A DNA stretch of 23,893 nt from Candidatus Thorarchaeota archaeon (GCA_011364905.1 RDNZ01000042.1:1-23893); one strand, 5' to 3'. Shown: positions 7,975 to 17,220, counted from the first letter of the stretch. Notes: generated by a model not told the origin, from the sequence alone. Numbers and translations are program-made.

Positions 7975-9236
7975 ATCTCGACTGATTCGTTTACTTCTGG
8001 AACATGGGCTACACGTTTCCGCTTCTCAAGTCGTTCAGCCAATGCATCGCATGATTCTGACTCGCCATGAATGCAGTAGAATTTCGGCTCGCCGGGGATC
8101 TTCAATAGCATATCCAACATACCCCTCGAGTCTGAGTGAGATGAAAGATGGTGTTGGCGAACTTCAGCTTTTACTTCGAAGAGTCGACCACTAACTGTGA
8201 CCTTACGTGACGCGAGCAATTCAGCCCCTGGAGTGCCAGGTATTTGGTAACTGACAAGAATAATGGAGTTCTTGGGGTCATCATGGACCATCTTGAAGTA
8301 TAGGTATGAGGCTCCTCCCTTGAGCATCCCAGCTGGAGAAATAATCACACCTCCTTTCTTGACAGCATTTGTGCGATCCCTGTTATCATGAATGACACGT
8401 ACCCGTTTCACTGCGCGTTGGAATGCTTGAGGGCTTTGGAGGTATTCTGGGTGCTTCACAAGAACCTCATCGACCCCTCTGGCCATTCCATCCAAATATA
8501 TGGGATATTTCTGTGGGAGCCCTTTCTTCTCAAGAATGCACATGATCTCCTGACTTCGGCCCACTGCAAAAGCCGGGATCAAGACTGTCCCACCTCGTTC
8601 CAGGGTTTCAATCACAGAGTCAATCAGACCTTCCTCAATCTCTTCTCGTTTAGGATTAATTCGCCGTGCATAGGTACTCTCAGTCACAACAATGTCGTGT
8701 TTTGGAAGGTTTTTCCTGGCCCCAGGATTCAGCTGGGACTCCGTGGCATTGAAATCTCCAGTAAACAGAATCCTTTTCCCATTTACCCTTACTGAAACCA
8801 TTGCACTTCCAGGAATGTGCCCTGCATTGAACAAGGTTGTCTCAAAGTGATGCCCCAGAGGAATTGTTTCCTCATATGCAGTGGCTTGGCATTGACGCTT
8901 GACAAGAGTAATGTCTTTACGCGTGAAAGGCAAAGGACCCCTTGAAATCTTATACATGTCGCGAAGTAATAGCAAACTCAAATCACGAGTAGCTGGAGTA
9001 CAGAATAACGATGCCTCGCTCTTGGCAAGGATTCGTGGTATACCTCCTGAATGGTCCAGATGGGCATGAGTAAGAGCGACTGCCTGCAGCTCATCGGTCG
9101 GAATCATGTCTGGAAATGATGGAGGTTCCGTGAACTTCACACCATAATCGACCAAGAAGCTCTCATCGCTATGTTCGATAAAGAACCCAGAACGTCCTAT
9201 CTCACGACAAGAACCAAGAAATGTTAGTTGTGACAT
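7971..9236 (-). CDS. Stand-alone MBL/beta-CASP ribonuclease without KH domains (aCPSF2-like)
   Basis: FLGSCREIGRS, THAHLDH, AGHIPGS, FTGDF, ESTY, PAFAVGRSQE, SSHSD, HGE. Confidence 0.9.
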   Translation of the reverse strand: MSQLTFLGSCREIGRSGFFIEHSDESFLVDYGVKFTEPPSFPDMIPTDELQAVALTHAHLDHSGGIPRILAKSEASLFCTPATRDLSLLLLRDMYKISRGPLPFTRKDITLVKRQCQATAYEETIPLGHHFETTLFNAGHIPGSAMVSVRVNGKRILFTGDFNATESQLNPGARKNLPKHDIVVTESTYARRINPKREEIEEGLIDSVIETLERGGTVLIPAFAVGRSQEIMCILEKKGLPQKYPIYLDGMARGVDEVLVKHPEYLQSPQAFQRAVKRVRVIHDNRDRTNAVKKGGVIISPAGMLKGGASYLYFKMVHDDPKNSIILVSYQIPGTPGAELLASRKVTVSGRLFEVKAEVRQHHLSSHSDSRGMLDMLLKIPGEPKFYCIHGESESCDALAERLEKRKRVAHVPEVNESVEI

Positions 9237-9426
9237 GAGTCGCTACTTCCTACGCCCGAGCCTGTATAGACTAAAGAAAAAGGTTTGGCATTAGGCTTGT
9301 TCACTTTTGATTAAGAAACAAAATAAATACTCGATTAGCTTGATTTAACTGAGAAACGAAATCTATATCAGACGAGGCCCACTTCACACCTGTGAATGGC
9401 CACAGTTGTAGGCGGAGAGACTTCGG

Positions 9427-9765
9427 GTGACGGAGGAAAACACTGACAAGAAGTCCAGCAGCAAGAAAGGTGGATCAGAAAAGCTGCAGGACAGCGACAG
9501 CATGGAATGCATCCTTGTTGGCAACAAGAATGTGATGTCTTATGTTCTAGCCTGTGTGACCTTGTTCAACAAGGGAGCAATGAAGGTTGTCATCAAGGCG
9601 AGAGGTAGACTAATCAGTCGAGCCGTGGATGTTGCTGAAATTACTCGTCACAGGTTTATATCCGACCTCACGGTGAAGAGCATAGAAATCGGTACTACAA
9701 CAGTCCAAACGGACAAAGGTAGCGACCTCAACGTGTCAACCATCGACATCACGTTGACAAAGTAG
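9427..9765 (+). CDS. albA: Alba DNA/RNA-binding protein with an N-terminal extension
   Basis: [31 protein letters not shown]; GTG start with upstream GGAG; alternative ATG at 9502. Confidence 0.93.
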   Translation: MTEENTDKKSSSKKGGSEKLQDSDSMECILVGNKNVMSYVLACVTLFNKGAMKVVIKARGRLISRAVDVAEITRHRFISDLTVKSIEIGTTTVQTDKGSDLNVSTIDITLTK

Positions 9766-9836
9766 TCACAATATCTTATGATTCTCGCCCGAAGAGCTGT
9801 CTTCACTGAGCCTTCGAGATTGGCGAGGATTGATAG

Positions 9837-10430
9837 ATGCGATTACCAGTATGTAACTTCGATCTTGAATCGGATATGTTATGCACAAGTTGTCAGGCAA
9901 AACTTGACCGTGGAGAGATTACAGCTTTTGACATAGATTTCAGCAAATGGTTGCTGGAAAAGGAGAAAGACCACCCAAATCTACAAGGTTTCACGCTCCT
10001 GAGAGCAACGAGAACAGAGAATCGTCTAATCCTTATCGTGAAGAAGAAGAGCAATGATCTTCTTCTTGCGGAAGAAGATATTATGGATGAGTTGCAGGAG
10101 AAATATGGAGAAGTAATGATTATTGAGGGCCCAGTCAAGCTAAGAACCATCATCAAGAAGTTCATCGCACCTGCAAGCGAAGTGGGCGTAAATAGTCTAT
10201 ACCTCCCAGATGGATCGAAAGAAAGTATAGTGATGCTTCGGGGAGAGGACAGGGAGAGAATCAAGTATAGCACAGATGAACTAAGAACAATAGTGTCCGC
10301 AATAGTAAGAGAGTCCGTTCTTTTTGAATATCAGGAGGACAAGTTAGAAACTAAAAAAGAAAAGGAAGTTTCGGACGAGTTTGACCAACGGATGGAAGAA
10401 ATGAGCCAGAGAAGGTCAAGGCGGAGGTAG
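9837..10430 (+). CDS. Archaeal NusA-like protein (NusA2 type: N-terminal Zn-knuckle plus KH-like domains), degenerate
   Basis: MRLPVC...LCTSCQAKLDRGEIT and APASEVGVNSLYLPDGS resemble the archaeal NusA-like family; lies next to alba. Confidence 0.78.
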   Translation: MRLPVCNFDLESDMLCTSCQAKLDRGEITAFDIDFSKWLLEKEKDHPNLQGFTLLRATRTENRLILIVKKKSNDLLLAEEDIMDELQEKYGEVMIIEGPVKLRTIIKKFIAPASEVGVNSLYLPDGSKESIVMLRGEDRERIKYSTDELRTIVSAIVRESVLFEYQEDKLETKKEKEVSDEFDQRMEEMSQRRSRRR

Positions 10431-10431
10431 G

Positions 10432-11769
10432 CTAGACTCGATTTATTGGATGGTTCTTCATAAGCTCCCGCATAACCACTGTTGCATAGGAGCCTTTCCT
10501 TAGAGAGAATCGAACCGACAGTCCATCATCAGTACAAGAAGCGACTAAATCTGAGAGTCTTATGGATGCTAAATGCAACCCCCCTGCGGAGTCCAATGGT
10601 TTGATCTTTGGATTTCTGAAGTCGGTCAATTCAATGTCTTCATCGTGCAATATGTTTCTCACATTATCAGACTGCTTGGTTTCAGGAAGTCGTGTTGAAT
10701 ATCCTAGAATTGGAAGGGCAAGACCATACTGGCTTGTTTCTACTTGGCGTTGACGCTCTTCAATGGTGGAGTCTGTCACATAAAGCCACATATCGCGACC
10801 TGAATGGGTTTCATCAAGTTTGATGAGAAAATCACCTTCCTGTGGAGTTTCTAAAGACATCCCCAATTTTGCACGCTTGCTTAGTAGACGATTGAAAAGG
10901 TACGACTGGTAAGCATGCACCTGAAGTGTCAGCACCCTCGGTGGCATCTTCAGCATGGCTCTTTGGAAGTCACCGGGATGCTTCAGGAGCTCATTCATAA
11001 CAGTCTTTTCATAGTCCATGTCTTCGGGAAAAGACTCAATCATCTTATCAGTGGGTACGAGAGATTCAGCTAGCTTTAGTCTGGTTTCAGTCAACTCTTC
11101 GGACTCATAGTCGCTTGTAGTCGTAAGCATTATTCGAATGGCCCCTTCGTAGTCCTGTTTAATGAGTGCCTTTCCAACAAGATGAGTGATTGGTCTTGTG
11201 ATTCCAAACCTTTGTACTCCAAAATAGTTCAACAGGTGTCTTCCTTGAAGCTGGTGTGCTCTCTCAAGGGCTGAATCGCAATCATCTGTGATATTTCTAA
11301 GAAGAATAGTAAACCTGTTGCCCCAAAGGTCGCCAATCTGGACTGGATGTCGCGAGTAGTGAATGTCGCGAATGCCTATCCTAGAGAGAACTAACGAGGA
11401 TAAGGAATCTGATGCTTTCGCAGGAATGCTCATACTTTGAGAAGTAATGGCACGCTTATCCTTGAGTCCTGCATAGGTCACCCAATTTCGCGACAGCTTG
11501 AGAGAAGACGCCAATATGTATGCAACATCCAAAGTTGACAGGCCCATTTTCTGTAGGGTAAACGTGACAAACCTATTGGGCTCTCCCTCAGGTGCATGTT
11601 CAGTTTCTTTGAACTCAGCCCAATCTTGGATGGTCAGTGCCTTCAAATCGGGTGCGATCTCTTCTACAACAAAATCCTCAAACCGGACCTTCAGTTTGCC
11701 TCCAATTCCCGGAAACTCTGTGGAGTACAGCTCCATGCCAAGAGACTTCTCAACAGGGGGAGTATCCAT
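10432..11769 (-). CDS. truD: tRNA pseudouridine(13) synthase TruD/Pus7
   Basis: EDFVVEE, AGLKDKRAITSQ (catalytic Asp), GNRFTI, NYFGVQRFG, AYQSYLFN, KGSYATV. Start ATG 11769, or TTG 11781. Confidence 0.95.
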   Translation of the reverse strand: MDTPPVEKSLGMELYSTEFPGIGGKLKVRFEDFVVEEIAPDLKALTIQDWAEFKETEHAPEGEPNRFVTFTLQKMGLSTLDVAYILASSLKLSRNWVTYAGLKDKRAITSQSMSIPAKASDSLSSLVLSRIGIRDIHYSRHPVQIGDLWGNRFTILLRNITDDCDSALERAHQLQGRHLLNYFGVQRFGITRPITHLVGKALIKQDYEGAIRIMLTTTSDYESEELTETRLKLAESLVPTDKMIESFPEDMDYEKTVMNELLKHPGDFQRAMLKMPPRVLTLQVHAYQSYLFNRLLSKRAKLGMSLETPQEGDFLIKLDETHSGRDMWLYVTDSTIEERQRQVETSQYGLALPILGYSTRLPETKQSDNVRNILHDEDIELTDFRNPKIKPLDSAGGLHLASIRLSDLVASCTDDGLSVRFSLRKGSYATVVMRELMKNHPINRV

Positions 11770-11782
11770 CGAATCTCTCAAC

Positions 11783-12151
11783 CTATAGGAGTTTTAATTC
11801 CCCCGTCACTTCATCGATGATTTCAGCCTTGGCGGGGCCGATACCAAGAACTGTGACAGTTCCGGGTGGAAGCTCGGTCATTCCAGCATCTCGAATGAGC
11901 GCGTTGGGTAGACTATGACTAATGGCATTGCGGCGCAGCTCAAGGAGCTCTTCTTCCGAGCTCACCTTAACTGCAACCTTCTTCTGACCTTCACGAAACC
12001 ATGCCTTCCATACATCTTGCTTGAGTACTCTTGTCTGTTCAGCTGAACTCACAGCTCCATGAGCCACCTGCACTGCGATTTTGCCTTTGCTCATATCAAG
12101 GTCTGTACGTACAGCAATCACCTGCTTATACTCAAAGGTTCTCTCAGCCAT
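11783..12151 (-). CDS. pth2: Peptidyl-tRNA hydrolase Pth2
   Basis: VRTDLDMSKGKIAVQVAHG, GQKKVAVK, DAGMTE, GIGP; start ATG 12151 has a GGAGG SD. Confidence 0.96.
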   Translation of the reverse strand: MAERTFEYKQVIAVRTDLDMSKGKIAVQVAHGAVSSAEQTRVLKQDVWKAWFREGQKKVAVKVSSEEELLELRRNAISHSLPNALIRDAGMTELPPGTVTVLGIGPAKAEIIDEVTGELKLL

Positions 12152-12242
12152 TGAATTTGCCTCCACACTGACTTGGGATTGAGGGGTCATCAGAGGGGAG
12201 AGTTAAAAACGTGACCAAAGCTCATTCAGTAGGGGTTTTCTC

Positions 12243-13436
12243 ATGGAATATGACGCTATCATTGTTGGTGCAGGACCGGCGGGTCTCCTTTCAGCCACAA
12301 GGATAGCAGAAGGTGGGGATAATGTCCTTGTGCTTGAGGAACATAAGAGGATTGGAGAACCAGATCACTGTGCAGGTCTCCTAAGTTCTTCAGGGTTGGA
12401 GTCTCTAAATCTAAAGCCTCCTGATGAAGCGGTCCAGAATCTGGTATCAGGAGCCCGAATCTTCGCTCCATCGGGAGATTCTATTCTCATCGAAAGAGGG
12501 CAACGTGAGGCTATTGTCATTGATAGAAAAAGGTTTGACCTTTGGCTCTCGGAAATTGCAAGAAAGAAAGGGGTAGACATTGCCACAGAGAGCAAAGTCA
12601 AAGAGATCGCCAGCTCAAAAGCAGAAACTCGCCTTATCAAAACGCCAGCGCAGACCTATGAAACCAAGGTCTGTCTGATAGCAGAGGGAGCTCGTTCAGT
12701 ACTCTCAAAGAGCGTAGGTTTTCCTATAGTTTCAAAGCATAGTAGACTTCCAGCCTATCAGTATGAGGTCAAAGGAGTTGATATCGAAGAGGATTTAGTC
12801 GAGATGTTCTATGGACGCCGGTATGCACCAGGATTCTTCGCATGGATTATTCCTCTTCGAGATGGAAAAGCACGAGTTGGCCTAGCCTCAAGAAGCAAAT
12901 CAAAAGTCAGACTTGATTCTGCCTTGAAACATCATCCCATAATCAGCGAACGCATGAAGGGAGCTGAAAAGGTACGAGGGTTGGGAGGTATTGTACTTGT
13001 AGGTAAACCTGTTTCTAGACTGTCATCTGACGGCCTTGTCATTGTTGGAGATACTGCAGGAATGGTGAAGGCCACCACAGGTGGTGGAATAATAATTGGA
13101 GGTCTGACAGCGCGAATAGCAGGAGAGTCAGTAGCTGGTGCTCTCCAGCAGGATGTTGTGACAGCCAAGACGCTTTCAAAATATGACAAGCTGTGCAAGT
13201 CAATGTATTACCGAGAACTCCAGACGATGTATTTAGCTCAAAAAGCCCTTACATCACTCACTGACAAAGGGTTAGACTCGGTTGTTCGGGATGCTCAGGA
13301 TATGGGGCTTCTTGAAACCGTACGAAAGGAAGGAGATATGGATCTTCAAGGAAAAGTCATTCGAAAGCTCCTCTCAAATCCGCGTACATTCTTGCTGGGA
13401 CTGAAGGCAATAAGGTACATCAACCCATTCCTCTAG
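12243..13436 (+). CDS. Geranylgeranyl reductase-family FAD oxidoreductase
   Basis: GAGPAG, PDHCAG, FFAWIIP, VGDTAG...TGGGI. Confidence 0.88.
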   Translation: MEYDAIIVGAGPAGLLSATRIAEGGDNVLVLEEHKRIGEPDHCAGLLSSSGLESLNLKPPDEAVQNLVSGARIFAPSGDSILIERGQREAIVIDRKRFDLWLSEIARKKGVDIATESKVKEIASSKAETRLIKTPAQTYETKVCLIAEGARSVLSKSVGFPIVSKHSRLPAYQYEVKGVDIEEDLVEMFYGRRYAPGFFAWIIPLRDGKARVGLASRSKSKVRLDSALKHHPIISERMKGAEKVRGLGGIVLVGKPVSRLSSDGLVIVGDTAGMVKATTGGGIIIGGLTARIAGESVAGALQQDVVTAKTLSKYDKLCKSMYYRELQTMYLAQKALTSLTDKGLDSVVRDAQDMGLLETVRKEGDMDLQGKVIRKLLSNPRTFLLGLKAIRYINPFL

Positions 13437-13480
13437 CTTTATGAAGCAAATGATTCAACGCCTAGGAGAGGTCAAGACAA

Positions 13481-14842
13481 GTGACAGCACCTATCCAAAG
13501 CAATCTCTTGGATACATCTATCAAGATGCTCGAGCAGTATACACTCTGTGATAGGTGCCTCGGTCGACAGTTTGCGTGGTTGAGTACCGACACATCAAAC
13601 AGCAATAGAGGATTTTCATTGAAATTGACCCTTTCGATGATGGCTGATGATGATTTGAAGTCGGGGGATCATGACAGAGGTGAGAGGGTAATTGGACTGT
13701 TGGCCAGTCATGGGCAATTCGGACCAGCACAGATTATTGCAGAAAAAAACGGGATTGACTACGATAAAGGTGGTAACTGCCATCTGTGTACAATAGAGGG
13801 GCAATCCGTTTTCAACAGGATTCAGGATATATCACAACGAGCTGTGGTATTGGCCAAGGAGGTGGAGTTTGACAATTTCCTAGTGGGAACCATTCCGGTC
13901 CCTATACTGGATGAGAGGCAAGACGAGATTAGAGCTAAGTTCTCGCTTTTGCATGCTGAGATTGTTAAATCAGACTTCAGTAGAGAACTAGGGAAAAGTA
14001 TCTATGAAGCCATAAAGAAAGATGTTGAGTTTGAACGACCGCATCTTGTGTTTCTCTATGATATGGTCAAAGACGAGTTGAAGATGCAGATCAATCCGGT
14101 CTTCATATATGGGCGCTATCAAAAGCTAGTTCGTGGAATTCCACAGAGTAGATGGGACTGCAAAGAGTGCAAAGGCAAGGGTTGTGAGGAATGCAATGGA
14201 ACAGGAAGACGATATCCTGATTCCATCTCAGAGTATGTTGGAACTGTCGCACAACAGTTCTTGAAGGGAACACGGTTCAAGTTCCACGCGGCTGGACGAG
14301 AGGATGTGGACGTTCTCATGCTTGGTGATGGTAGACCATTCGTTGTTGAGATTTCAGAGCCACAGATTAGGACTCCTGATTTGTTATCTCTAGAGAAACG
14401 GATTAACAAGGAATCCAAGAAACGTATCAAGGTCGGTCATCTCAAGATGTCAGACCGGGAACAATCTCAAAAACTGAAAGAAAACGCATCAAAAAACATC
14501 AAGGAGTACTCTGCTATGATTGTAACAGAAGACCCGACAGAGATCGATCAACTTCGGAGAGTTGAAGCTGAGTTATCAGGAAAGGAGATTGCGCAAAGGA
14601 CTCCTATTCGTGTTGCTCACAGGAGAAGCGACCTTGTACGAAAGAAGATGGTCTACGAGGTTAGGCTTAAGAAAAAGAAAAGCAACAGCATAGAAGCTTT
14701 CTTCAAAGTACAAGGCGGCACATATGTGAAGGAGTTAATCTCTGGAGATGATGGGCGGACAGAGCCTTCTATAGCTAGCATTCTTGGCGTATCCTGTGTA
14801 TGCAAAAAACTGGACGTGACAGCAGTTTATAGTAGCGTTTAG
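13481..14842 (+). CDS. pus10: tRNA pseudouridine(54/55) synthase Pus10
   Basis: LCDRCLGR, GRYQKLVRGIPQSRW, AGREDVDV (catalytic Asp), GRPF, QRTP, GGTYVKELISGD; upstream of rpl21e. Confidence 0.95.
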   Translation: MTAPIQSNLLDTSIKMLEQYTLCDRCLGRQFAWLSTDTSNSNRGFSLKLTLSMMADDDLKSGDHDRGERVIGLLASHGQFGPAQIIAEKNGIDYDKGGNCHLCTIEGQSVFNRIQDISQRAVVLAKEVEFDNFLVGTIPVPILDERQDEIRAKFSLLHAEIVKSDFSRELGKSIYEAIKKDVEFERPHLVFLYDMVKDELKMQINPVFIYGRYQKLVRGIPQSRWDCKECKGKGCEECNGTGRRYPDSISEYVGTVAQQFLKGTRFKFHAAGREDVDVLMLGDGRPFVVEISEPQIRTPDLLSLEKRINKESKKRIKVGHLKMSDREQSQKLKENASKNIKEYSAMIVTEDPTEIDQLRRVEAELSGKEIAQRTPIRVAHRRSDLVRKKMVYEVRLKKKKSNSIEAFFKVQGGTYVKELISGDDGRTEPSIASILGVSCVCKKLDVTAVYSSV

Positions 14843-14984
14843 CAAACGATAAGTACTAGATGCGATTCGCTCGTAGCTGTTGCGAAATCCTTAAGTGTTG
14901 ACCAAAGAGGTCATGCTGGACCTCGGGTGCAGGTTCTACTGAATTATTGCATTTCGAGGTATAATCCAAAGCAAGTGATGCCTT

Positions 14985-15281
14985 ATGGTAAAGAAGAGTC
15001 ATGGTTACAGAGCACGAACTCGTGCCTTGATGAGCAAAGACGTACGAGCAAAAGGACTAGGCTCTCCAAATAGGGTGTTGATTAACTATGAAGTAGGTCA
15101 ACGCGTGGATGTAGTGATCAATCCCGGTTTCCATAAAGGAATGCCGCACCGCAGGTATCACGGCAGAACTGGTATAGTGAAAGGCTTGAGAGGGCGAGCG
15201 GTAGTAGTCGATATTGGTCTGGGCGACGCCACTAAGACACTCATTATTAGACGCGAGCATCTCCAACCTAGTAGAGGTTGA
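14985..15281 (+). CDS. rpl21e: 50S ribosomal protein eL21
   Basis: SHGYRARTR, KGMPHRRYHGRTG, RREHL. Confidence 0.97.
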   Translation: MVKKSHGYRARTRALMSKDVRAKGLGSPNRVLINYEVGQRVDVVINPGFHKGMPHRRYHGRTGIVKGLRGRAVVVDIGLGDATKTLIIRREHLQPSRG

Positions 15282-15288
15282 TTGAAAA

Positions 15289-15624
15289 ATGCCAAAGGAG
15301 ATTATCAGTGAGGAAGAAGTGACTCTACCTCAGGTCAAGAAGCTTCTTGCCCAAAGATCCAAAGAAGGAGAACTATCGTTCCAGCAGTCAATCACCTTGG
15401 AGCATGCAAGTACCTTCTCAAAGATGGCTCCTGCAGTGGCTACAAAGCTTGTTGAGAAACTGATCAAGAATTATGAGATCACTCGAGCGCATGCAGTCCA
15501 AATTGTCAACATTGCTCCAATCACGATTGAGGAACTTAAGACAATCCTGGAAACCAAGTCTTCCAGTCTCACTGAAGAGCAGTTACTTGAGATTGTTGAT
15601 CTTGTAATAAAGAACAGAAGCTAG
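15289..15624 (+). CDS. rpoF: RNA polymerase subunit Rpo4 (F)
   Basis: ELSFQQSITLEHA, AVQIVNIAP...EELKTIL; conserved position rpl21e-rpoF-DUF655-rsmA. Confidence 0.9.
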   Translation: MPKEIISEEEVTLPQVKKLLAQRSKEGELSFQQSITLEHASTFSKMAPAVATKLVEKLIKNYEITRAHAVQIVNIAPITIEELKTILETKSSSLTEEQLLEIVDLVIKNRS

Positions 15625-15722
15625 TTTGAATGACGCAGGATGCTTCTTAGTCCAAATAGTTTTTATCCAATCAGAACTATTGCAATCATAATGTGCCCTA
15701 AAAGCGATAGGAGTGTTGAACA

Positions 15723-16337
15723 ATGGAAGGACCACAAAACAGGATGTTTGAGACACATGCGTATGTCCTGTCCGTCGTCCCTCCAAAAGAGTTCCTAAGG
15801 GATTCACGACCTCGCGGAGACACCATAGTACAGGGCATCGGCGAGTCTCATTTTACGCTACTAGAGATGATACCTCAGAAAGGATTCAAACCACGCCCTC
15901 AGGAACGACTCTCTATTCAACGCGATTCAGCAAACAAAATAGACCACGTCAAGAGAAGGATATTCTACGAGGACTTAGTACCTGAGAGCGTTGCAGAGCT
16001 TGCTCTTGTGATTGAAATCATTGTGACGAAGCACGAACACAAGTTTGTTCAGTTCTTTAATGAGGCTAGTCCGATAACAACGCGAATGCATTCACTCCAA
16101 CTTCTTCCTGGGGTGGGACAGACGCTCATGTGGGCAATCCTAGAAGAACGAAAGCGTGAGCCTTTCAAGAGCTTCAATGATATTGCAGCACGCACAAAAC
16201 TGCAAAATCCAAAAAAGGTCATCACAGCTCGTATTATTGACGAACTCAGAGAAGATGTCAAGAGGTGGCTTTTCGTGCGACCACCGAAACGCGACGAAGA
16301 CGAACGGGACCACAAAGACCGTCCACCAAGGCGCTAG
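15723..16337 (+). CDS. DUF655-family predicted nucleic-acid-binding protein (HhH)
   Basis: QGIGESHFTLLE, FFNEASPITTRMHSLQLLPGVG, PFKSF; conserved operon position. Confidence 0.9.
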   Translation: MEGPQNRMFETHAYVLSVVPPKEFLRDSRPRGDTIVQGIGESHFTLLEMIPQKGFKPRPQERLSIQRDSANKIDHVKRRIFYEDLVPESVAELALVIEIIVTKHEHKFVQFFNEASPITTRMHSLQLLPGVGQTLMWAILEERKREPFKSFNDIAARTKLQNPKKVITARIIDELREDVKRWLFVRPPKRDEDERDHKDRPPRR

Positions 16338-16353
16338 AACGAAAACAACGCTG

Positions 16354-17220
16354 GTGAGTGCTCTGGCAGACGATATTCGTAGGCTTCTTCAGAAATACAA
16401 TATCAGACCCAAGAAAAAACAGGGGCAGAGCTTTCTTAGTAGTCAGAATATTGCCAGGGATATAGTAGATCTCGCCGACCTATCTGACAAGGAGGATGTT
16501 TTGGAAATCGGAGGTGGCTTGGGTGTTTTGACGCAACATATCGCTGAAAAGGCTCATGCAGTGTTTGTCCTCGAGATAGATCCAAACTTGGTGAAAGCAC
16601 TACATGATTTGATGCAGAATTCCTCCAACGTCAAAATCATCGAGGGTGATGCGCTTTCTTTAGACCTGCCCGAAGTGAGTAAGATAATTGCCAATCTCCC
16701 ATACAGTATCTCCTCAGAGATTACCTTTCGGATACTCCGAGAGATAAAGTTTGAGCTTGCAATCCTGATGTATCAGAAGGAGTTCGCCTCAAGACTAGTT
16801 GCTAATCCAGGAACGTCTGAGTACTCTAGGCTAACAGTCAACGCGAGGTATTATGCTGAAGTTGAGAAAGCCTTTGATGTTCCTGCAGGTATGTTCTTTC
16901 CCGTTCCAGCGGTAGACTCTACTGTCGTTAGAATGGTTCGGAGAACAAGGGGCATATTCGCCAAAGACGATTCTGTGTTTCATTGGATGATTGGAGGAAT
17001 TTTCCCATATCCCAACAAAAGCCTACGAAATGCTCTACGTATATGGTTTCGCAATCTGGGACTTGATAAGGCCCTTCTTGAGGAGGTCTTAGAACGTTCT
17101 GAAGGGGTCTTGAGCGGTGATGATCATCTTCGCTCCATTGGTATAGATGAGCTGGTGTGCCTTGCAGACATACTCCTTGAACTAATGAAAGAGGGAAAAA
17201 TCATGGATTCAAGAGTGTGA
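16354..17220 (+). CDS. rsmA: 16S rRNA m6,2A dimethyltransferase RsmA/KsgA/Dim1
   Basis: GQSFL, LEIGGGLG, ANLPYSISS, MYQKEFA, YSRLTV, FFPVPAVDS. The track start at 16156 overlaps DUF655; the likely start is GTG 16354 or CTG 16363. Confidence 0.94.
   Translation: MSALADDIRRLLQKYNIRPKKKQGQSFLSSQNIARDIVDLADLSDKEDVLEIGGGLGVLTQHIAEKAHAVFVLEIDPNLVKALHDLMQNSSNVKIIEGDALSLDLPEVSKIIANLPYSISSEITFRILREIKFELAILMYQKEFASRLVANPGTSEYSRLTVNARYYAEVEKAFDVPAGMFFPVPAVDSTVVRMVRRTRGIFAKDDSVFHWMIGGIFPYPNKSLRNALRIWFRNLGLDKALLEEVLERSEGVLSGDDHLRSIGIDELVCLADILLELMKEGKIMDSRV

Noticed and set aside
9771-9839. Eukaryote-like SECIS (ATGA...AAG...TGAT)
   Set aside because: ATGA-to-AA and AA-to-GA spacings (10 and 34-38 nt) do not fit, and no adjacent gene has an in-frame TGA.
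14158-14206. DnaJ-like CxxCxGxG repeats in Pus10
   Set aside because: A feature I recognise as common in archaeal Pus10 proteins, not novel.
14843-14984. SRP RNA or C/D guide RNA in intergenic gaps
   Set aside because: Too short for archaeal SRP RNA; no properly spaced C and D box pairs seen in the gaps examined.
16156-16353. Long N-terminal extension of RsmA (similarly 438-533, 12152-12190, 18740-18808)
   Set aside because: These extensions overlap neighbouring genes or promoter regions, and SD-supported downstream starts exist.
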